Below, one piece after another: positions 1-8,652 of a stretch of DNA of 8,652 nt; the stretch's first letter is position 1; each line of letters begins with the position of its first letter. Source of the DNA: a virus (lineage: Duplodnaviria; Heunggongvirae; Uroviricota; Caudoviricetes). The stretch is taken from the IMG/VR virus record IMGVR_UViG_2778261644_000004. The stretch is one strand, 5' to 3'. The notes beneath the pieces were generated by a model that was given only the letters and a program-made list of their open reading frames with translations, made no database searches and was not told where the DNA came from. The position numbers were made by a program, and so were the translations under genes.

Positions 1-15
1 GTGTTACCTGGCTAA

Positions 16-615
16 TCAGAACTTATAACCGACACCCACGATGAAACCGTCAGTGCGCCAGTCACCACTGCCGGAGCCTTCATAAGCAATATCAATGGCC
101 ACGGATTCGGTCGGGTTAAACTGCACGCCAGCCCCCCACGCCAGAGACGTGTTGCTGTGGCGACCGTCATCACTTCCGGTCAGCACATCGTGCGTTTTCC
201 CCTTGTTGTCAGTTACGCGAAGATAATCCCCGGAGAAAGTCGACACACGGCTGTAAGCCACACCCGCCATCGCATACGCGCTGAACCATTCATTCACGCG
301 CACAGACGGCCCCGCCATCACGCTGAACCAGCGGTTACGCACGGAATCTTCATGCCAGCGGGTATCGCTGTAATGGGTCAGCTGGCGATTCTTGTCTCCT
401 GCATAGCTGAATGACGTCACCATCCCCAGTGTGTCCGTAAACTCATAACGGTATTTCACGTTAATCCCGTTCAGATCATCGCTGCCGGGAACGTTCGTCG
501 AGGCATGAAGATACCCCGCGCTCAGCGTGGACTGATGTTCAGACGCCCATGCAGGCGCACCGGATACGGCCAGACAAATGGCTGCGGACAAAATGGCGGC
601 ATAAAGTTTACGCAT
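16..615 (-). CDS. lom: Lom/Ail-family outer membrane beta-barrel protein (lysogenic conversion protein)
   Basis: 199-aa ORF with an N-terminal signal peptide (MRKLYAAILSAAICLAVSGAPAWA, AxA-type cleavage site), alternating beta-strand-like segments and a C-terminal aromatic residue (ends ...GVGYKF) typical of OMP beta-barrels. It lies immediately downstream of J on the same strand, as lom does in lambda, and is similar in length to lambda Lom (about 206 aa). An SD-like GAGAGG sits 6-7 nt upstream of the ATG at 615. Confidence 0.88.
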   Translation of the reverse strand: MRKLYAAILSAAICLAVSGAPAWASEHQSTLSAGYLHASTNVPGSDDLNGINVKYRYEFTDTLGMVTSFSYAGDKNRQLTHYSDTRWHEDSVRNRWFSVMAGPSVRVNEWFSAYAMAGVAYSRVSTFSGDYLRVTDNKGKTHDVLTGSDDGRHSNTSLAWGAGVQFNPTESVAIDIAYEGSGSGDWRTDGFIVGVGYKF

Positions 616-636
616 AATTACCTCTCGCTTTTCTGC

Positions 637-663
637 AATAAAAAAGGCGTCATTTCTGACGCC
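637..663 (-). terminator. Rho-independent terminator between J and lom
   Basis: Perfect 7-bp inverted repeat ggcgtca (646-652) / tgacgcc (657-663) with a 4-nt loop. On the minus-strand transcript this is GGCGUCA-GAAA-UGACGCC (GNRA-type loop) followed directly by UUUUUUAUU (plus 637-645). It lies 19 nt downstream of the J stop codon. Confidence 0.6.
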
Positions 664-681
664 CGTTATGGGTTATAAAAT

Positions 682-4083
<3,402 letters not shown>

Positions 4084-4140
4084 TCACGCTCCAGAAACGA
4101 CAAAACCGCCCGCAGGCGGTTTCACATAAAACATTTTGCA

Positions 4141-4788
4141 TCAGCGACCAATCACCACAACCTGACCACCGTCCCCTTCGTCTGCCGTGCAGATCTCCTG
4201 AGATACCACGCGTGACCCCACGCGCATTTCACCGTACAGAACGGGCAGAACATTCCCCTGGGCAACCATGTTATCCAGTGAGGAGAAATAGGTGTTCTGC
4301 TTACCGTTATCCGTTGTCTGTGTGCGGGGAGTTCTGGCTTTCGGTGCCAGCATCTGAGCCACACCGCCCAGGATCATACTGGCCCCTGCCGCATACATGC
4401 CCGATACAGCCGCGGCACCCAGCCAGCCCACAGGGTTCCACCATGCCACCGCAATCAGCGCCGCACCCAGCACTGCCTGAAAAACACCGCCACTTTTAGC
4501 TCCCGCCAGACGCGGCACAATGTGGATCACGGCACCATTTGCCAGCGGCTCATTAAGACGGGCAGATAATTCATTTTCGCCTGCATCACGCCCGGCAATG
4601 CGCACCTGATACCAGCCCTCATTCAGTTTCTGGCGAAACGACGGAAGCTGCGTGGCCAGCGCCCGGATGGCTTCGGCCCCCGTTTTCACACGAAGGTCGA
4701 TGCGGCGGCCAAATCGTTGTAAATCCCCGTAAAGGCAGATGCGTGCCATGCCCGGTGACGCCAGAGGGAGTGTGTGCGTCGCTGCCAT
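4141..4788 (-). CDS. I: Tail tip assembly protein I
   Basis: 215-aa ORF starting MAATHTLPLASPGMARICLYGDLQRF..., in the lambda gpI position between K and J. Its 5' end overlaps the 3' end of K by 103 nt in a different frame, the same arrangement as lambda K/I. The C-terminal part is Gly/Ala-rich and hydrophobic. Confidence 0.87.
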   Translation of the reverse strand: MAATHTLPLASPGMARICLYGDLQRFGRRIDLRVKTGAEAIRALATQLPSFRQKLNEGWYQVRIAGRDAGENELSARLNEPLANGAVIHIVPRLAGAKSGGVFQAVLGAALIAVAWWNPVGWLGAAAVSGMYAAGASMILGGVAQMLAPKARTPRTQTTDNGKQNTYFSSLDNMVAQGNVLPVLYGEMRVGSRVVSQEICTADEGDGGQVVVIGR

Positions 4789-5429
4789 TTGTCTGTATAC
4801 CTCTCTCGTTTGCTCAGTTGTTCAGGAATATGGTGCAGCAGCTCGCCGTCGCCGCAGTAAATGGCGGCATGATTCGGCACCGATGAACCAAAACAGCACA
4901 GCAGCACATCGCCCGGCTGCGCCGCTGACAACGGCACCTGATACAGCCCTGTGGCCTCCAGATTATCCAGATAGAGATTCTGACCGTGACGCCACCAGTC
5001 ATCCTCGCGGTGAAAATCCGGCATCTCAATCCCCGCCAGATGGTAAGCATCCCGGAACAGCGTGTAACAGTCTGTCACCCCGTGCTCAAAGCGCCGTCCG
5101 GTAAGATGCGGCACACAGCGGAACTTGTGAATCGCTCCCCGACAGACCAGCCACCACGGCAAATCACTCTGCACCTGCAGCCGCCTGTCGGCTTCACTCA
5201 GCCAGGGCAGACCACCGGGATGACTGTGGACCAGCGCGACAATCTCACCCTGCATTTCTGCACTCAGCCAGTCCTCCGGCGACATCCGGAAATACGCCTC
5301 CGACTCACCGGAGATATTCACGCAGGGAAAATATCTTTCCCCTTCCGGCGTTCTCACCACGAAGCCGCACGACTCCGCTGGCGCACATCGCCGGGCGTGC
5401 GCCAGAATCGCTGATTCTGTCTCTGTCAT
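4686..5429 (-). CDS. K: Tail tip assembly protein K (JAMM/MPN plus NlpC/P60-like domains)
   Basis: 247-aa ORF. It contains a JAMM-type metal-binding motif H-S-H-x7-S-x2-D (VHSHPGGLPWLSEAD) and a downstream Cys/His pair (GVTDCYTLF ... VPNHAAIY) consistent with an NlpC/P60-like fold. It starts 5 nt after the L stop codon. An internal Met at codon 49 would give the 199-aa form annotated for lambda K. Confidence 0.87.
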   Translation of the reverse strand: MTETESAILAHARRCAPAESCGFVVRTPEGERYFPCVNISGESEAYFRMSPEDWLSAEMQGEIVALVHSHPGGLPWLSEADRRLQVQSDLPWWLVCRGAIHKFRCVPHLTGRRFEHGVTDCYTLFRDAYHLAGIEMPDFHREDDWWRHGQNLYLDNLEATGLYQVPLSAAQPGDVLLCCFGSSVPNHAAIYCGDGELLHHIPEQLSKRERYTDKWQRRTHSLWRHRAWHASAFTGIYNDLAAASTFV

Positions 5430-5434
5430 GGGAT

Positions 5435-6133
5435 TTACTGCGAAAGTTTGTTAATGGAAAGGAAGCCGCCAAAGTTGCCGACATTATTGCGAAACTTACA
5501 ACCGCTCAGGCATTTGCTGCATTTATCCTTCGTAATATCGGACGTCGGCTGGTCATATTCATCCGCAACAACCGGACCGTTATAACCGCACTCATCACCG
5601 CGATAGGTCCAGGTGCAGGTATTAGCCAGCATGATGCGCCCCGGAAAAACGGCACCATCCGTTTCAGTCGGTGTGGACAGTACAAAAGAGGCACTGACCG
5701 CGCTCAGTTCGCTGCACTGCTCGATGCGCCAGCGGCTGATCACCTCCTGCTCCGGATCGGCTTCGCTGTTTCCGTTGATGAAGTTCACCGCATCCAGAAA
5801 ACGGGCATAAACCTTACGCCTGACCACCGTTCCGCCGACCAGACTCTGCAGGTCTTCGGCCATCCCGGTGACCATGCCATACAGGTTAGATACCTTAAGT
5901 GTGGGACGTGCGCTGCTGCCCTTACCGTTCATCTCAAAGCCGCTTCCCTGAATGGGGTACGCCTGATACTTTCGCCCCTGCCAGGTAACCGGTTCACCTT
6001 TTTCATTCTGCTCATTGCAGAAAAAGTAACGCTCCCCACCGACCTCTGTCAGATCAATTTCCCAGAGCACCACGCTGGCCGTCTGCTCCACACGGATGCA
6101 TTCATTCAGTGTTTCCTGTCGTATGTCCTGCAT
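5435..6133 (-). CDS. L: Tail tip protein L
   Basis: 232-aa ORF, the same length as lambda gpL, in the position between M and K. It has a C-terminal cysteine cluster (C..C..DKCSKCLSGC) consistent with the iron-sulfur-binding C-terminus described for gpL. Its ATG overlaps the M stop codon (TGATG). Confidence 0.9.
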   Translation of the reverse strand: MQDIRQETLNECIRVEQTASVVLWEIDLTEVGGERYFFCNEQNEKGEPVTWQGRKYQAYPIQGSGFEMNGKGSSARPTLKVSNLYGMVTGMAEDLQSLVGGTVVRRKVYARFLDAVNFINGNSEADPEQEVISRWRIEQCSELSAVSASFVLSTPTETDGAVFPGRIMLANTCTWTYRGDECGYNGPVVADEYDQPTSDITKDKCSKCLSGCKFRNNVGNFGGFLSINKLSQ

Positions 6134-6471
6134 CAGATCACCACTTCGTCAAACTGACACGAAAAATCGGTATAGGTGATATGTTCTGTCGCTGACCACG
6201 TTCGACACACCACTCTGATTTTTCTGTTAATACCCGGCGGGCGCCAAAAAAAAGATTTATAGCCTTCATGCCGGGCTAAAAATTTTTCAAATGAATCACG
6301 TTCATTCGCCTCAACTTTGAAATCACAGGTGAAAACGCGCAGAGAATGATTAAGTCCATTTGGACTTCGTTGCTCATAACCATCACCAAATCTTACAGTT
6401 TTTATCGATGGTTTATTTTCTGTTTTCATTCCATCCTCTGGTAACCAGTGAAATTCTTCCGTATTAGCCAC
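6133..6471 (-). CDS. M: Minor tail protein M (tail tip)
   Basis: 112-aa ORF from a GTG at 6471; an alternative ATG at 6429 is preceded by GAGGA. It has a VRFGDGY motif and a size characteristic of the phage minor tail protein M family, and sits between H and L. It overlaps the H stop by 8 nt if the GTG start is used. The start codon is uncertain. Confidence 0.75.
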   Translation of the reverse strand: MANTEEFHWLPEDGMKTENKPSIKTVRFGDGYEQRSPNGLNHSLRVFTCDFKVEANERDSFEKFLARHEGYKSFFWRPPGINRKIRVVCRTWSATEHITYTDFSCQFDEVVI

Positions 6472-8581
6472 TTAACATTCCCCCATCACGTCGCATATTT
6501 AACAGATTGCCCTGCACCCGCTGATCAACCATCCCCATAAGTGCTTTTATTGCCTGAGGGCCAATCTCTCCATTCTGGCCGTCATTTTGAATAGTGATTT
6601 GGTATACAGGGGCATAGGTAATATCTCCGCCTCCATTACCACTTTTACTATTAATAGCTCTGACACCAAGAGAACCATCGGAAGTTCGTGTTAATGGCAT
6701 AATGGCTTCCGGTCCAGCCTCACCAAAAACACCAGCCCCTTTTGCAAAAGCAAAAAATTGCGGGGAATCATAAATACCGTTCGAATACGTGCTCAATGAC
6801 GGAGACTCATAAACACCGCCCTTTGCATTCGGAATAAATTTACTAATAGCACTCCCGATAGTTCCTAAAATCCCCCCAGAAGAACTGTTACTAATGCTGT
6901 CGAAAATCCCAGTAATTGAAGCCTTTAATGCTATTCGACTAAGATCCGAAATCACGGAAGTAGCGAAAGAACGAAAATTTGCCTTGCCTGTCGTGACAAA
7001 ATCACCCAGCGCATCGGTCATCCCATCAAACATCTGAGTCGTGGTTGATTTTATCTGCTCACTGATATCCTTAGTGTCATCCAGCCAGTTATTGAATCCC
7101 TGGGAGGCACCACTAACCCAGTCTCCTGCCTGAATATCGAGCTGCTCGTTTTTCTGTCTGACAATTTCTTTTTCCCGTTCCAGAGCATCATTCAGAGCCT
7201 GCATTTTCTCTTGAAAAACATGATCTGACATTCCACGGGATTTATCTGCATAGTCACGTTCAAGTTGCAGACGCTGATTGTTATATCCATGTTCAATCCG
7301 CAGTAATTCCTGCTGGCGTTGCTGATTTTTATCGCCAACCCCATAACCAGCAATCTGAATATCATACCCCTGCTGACGATTATCAATCGAAGCCTGCAAT
7401 GAATCACGCCATGCTGTTATTTCGGCGGATTCCTTGATTAGCCTGTTATTTTTTTCAATCGCAACATTTTTCTCCATCAACGTGGTTATTTCTTCCCGGT
7501 GTAAGAGAAGCGATTTCTGATCCTGGGTTAATTTCGATGATGGTCGTGACTCTAGGTCGGCAATCCGCTGACGCCACTTAACCAGTTCCTGTTCAGAGGA
7601 ACTTAATTTAACGGTCAACTCAGCTTGTGAACTTAGTAACGCATTCTGTTGATTCAGATGATCAATCATTCGTTGGGCTGCATCATCAGAATAACCTTTC
7701 GCCTTTGGTTGCTTTGGATCTTTATAACGCTCATTTATTTGAGCGATAAGATTATTATATTCTTCCTTTGAATACTGATTCTTTAGCTTTTCCAGTTTTG
7801 CAAGTTCACTAGCTCTCTGCTGCTCCCGGGTCTGATATTGTTTTGAAAAGGCATCTGCTCTCTGTCTGAGTTCAATTCCTTCCTGTTGTCGCTTGTTGTA
7901 ATCGTTTATTGATGAATTTAGTACGTCCTGAGCAATTTTTTCTGCTTGAAGTACGCCCAATTGCTGCTTTAATCGTGCCAGCCTTTTATTTTGAGCTCCG
8001 CCATCTCCAATGCCACCTAACCCGAAAACTCCGGGTCGGGTATTTTTTTCTATTTCATCAATTTGACGGAGAACATCTGAGATTTTTTGATCAAGGGAGG
8101 CCTCACGGCCAATATCCAGCATGGAATCCCATGCCCATTTTGCGGAGTCTGCGACAGCTTTCCATGCAGTCTCAAGATAACCAAGATTTTCTTTAATCTG
8201 GTTGGTGCGCTGGATCATTGAGGATGAGTATTCTTCTGTCGCAATGCGGGCGGCCTCCTGCTGGTTCCCTTCATCCTGTAGCGCCTTAATCTGGTTATAA
8301 GTCGCAAGTGTCAGAAAATGGTACTGATCATTAAGTTTTGATATGGCACTGACAGGATCCTTTGCAATTTCATTGAAGTCATTAACCAGTTGTTCGGTTG
8401 ATATTCCTGTTACTTCGCTCGTTTTTACTATCGCTGTCGTCACTTGCTCCAGCGAACTGCTCGCTACCTTTCCCGAACGCACAAGCTGATTTAATACTGC
8501 CGCCGCAGCACCAGTTGTCGAATCAGCCGCATTCCCGGCACGTTGAGCTATATCGCCCAATTGCCCGCTGGTTGTCCCCAA
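6464..8581 (-). CDS. H: Tail tape measure protein (lambda gpH-like), 5' end unresolved at window edge
   Basis: 705-codon ORF with a long Gln/Glu/Lys/Arg-rich predicted coiled-coil centre and a C-terminal region (...FRSFATSVISDL...; ...NDGQNGEIGPQAIKAL...RRDGGMLSG) that I recognise as resembling the C-terminus of lambda gpH. It sits upstream of M as in lambda. The ORF as given begins at a TTG directly after an in-frame TAA (8621-8623), while homology appears to continue upstream in another frame, so the true 5' end is ambiguous. Confidence 0.8.
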   Translation of the reverse strand: MGTTSGQLGDIAQRAGNAADSTTGAAAAVLNQLVRSGKVASSSLEQVTTAIVKTSEVTGISTEQLVNDFNEIAKDPVSAISKLNDQYHFLTLATYNQIKALQDEGNQQEAARIATEEYSSSMIQRTNQIKENLGYLETAWKAVADSAKWAWDSMLDIGREASLDQKISDVLRQIDEIEKNTRPGVFGLGGIGDGGAQNKRLARLKQQLGVLQAEKIAQDVLNSSINDYNKRQQEGIELRQRADAFSKQYQTREQQRASELAKLEKLKNQYSKEEYNNLIAQINERYKDPKQPKAKGYSDDAAQRMIDHLNQQNALLSSQAELTVKLSSSEQELVKWRQRIADLESRPSSKLTQDQKSLLLHREEITTLMEKNVAIEKNNRLIKESAEITAWRDSLQASIDNRQQGYDIQIAGYGVGDKNQQRQQELLRIEHGYNNQRLQLERDYADKSRGMSDHVFQEKMQALNDALEREKEIVRQKNEQLDIQAGDWVSGASQGFNNWLDDTKDISEQIKSTTTQMFDGMTDALGDFVTTGKANFRSFATSVISDLSRIALKASITGIFDSISNSSSGGILGTIGSAISKFIPNAKGGVYESPSLSTYSNGIYDSPQFFAFAKGAGVFGEAGPEAIMPLTRTSDGSLGVRAINSKSGNGGGDITYAPVYQITIQNDGQNGEIGPQAIKALMGMVDQRVQGNLLNMRRDGGMLSG

Positions 8582-8652
8582 CTGATTTCCTGAACCGCCC
8601 CGGGTTTCCTGGAGAGTGTTTTATCTGTGAACTCAGGCTGCCAGATCATCGT
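8551..8652 (-). pseudogene. H: Upstream portion of the tape measure reading frame in a different frame (runs off the window); possible frameshifted H
   Basis: The minus-strand frame offset by one nucleotide from the H ORF is open from the window edge to a TAG at 8548-8550 and reads TMIWQPEFTDKTL..., which resembles the region of lambda gpH just N-terminal to where the 705-aa ORF begins. I could not verify this alignment computationally. Confidence 0.35.

Noticed and set aside
157-414. 85-aa plus-strand ORF antisense to lom
   Set aside because: It is embedded in the lom coding sequence on the opposite strand, with no ribosome-binding site or recognisable motif. Probably a chance open frame.
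5570-5580. RGD tripeptide in L (…TYRGDECGY…)
   Set aside because: A three-residue motif is expected by chance and sits in the cysteine-rich region. There is no basis to propose integrin-type binding for a phage tail-tip protein.
5506-5810. ORFs 5506-5694 (-) and 5613-5810 (+) inside L
   Set aside because: Alternative-frame or antisense ORFs within L. No supporting features.
7192-8196. ORFs 7192-7407 (-) and 7909-8196 (+) inside the tape measure gene
   Set aside because: Short alternative-frame or antisense ORFs in AT-rich coding sequence. The tape measure frame explains this region.

Overview
The window is almost entirely occupied by a lambdoid (phage lambda-type) prophage tail-tip module, all on the minus strand and in lambda gene order: the 3' two-thirds or more of a tape measure gene (H-like), then M, L, K, I, the 1132-aa tip attachment/host-specificity gene J, an intrinsic terminator, and the lysogenic-conversion outer membrane protein gene lom. 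Gene sizes, overlaps (TGATG stop/start overlap of M and L; 103-nt out-of-frame K/I overlap) and protein motifs match the lambda tail assembly cluster. I see no room for, and no evidence of, an undescribed multi-gene system. The points worth a second look are (i) a low-GC mosaic block covering M and most of H, (ii) a compositional shift over the 3' end of J that suggests a swapped receptor-binding domain, (iii) an apparent frame disruption near the 5' end of the tape measure gene at the window edge, and (iv) lom as a terminator-insulated cassette. All homology statements rest on reading the supplied translations and on recalled knowledge of lambda proteins; no database search was run.
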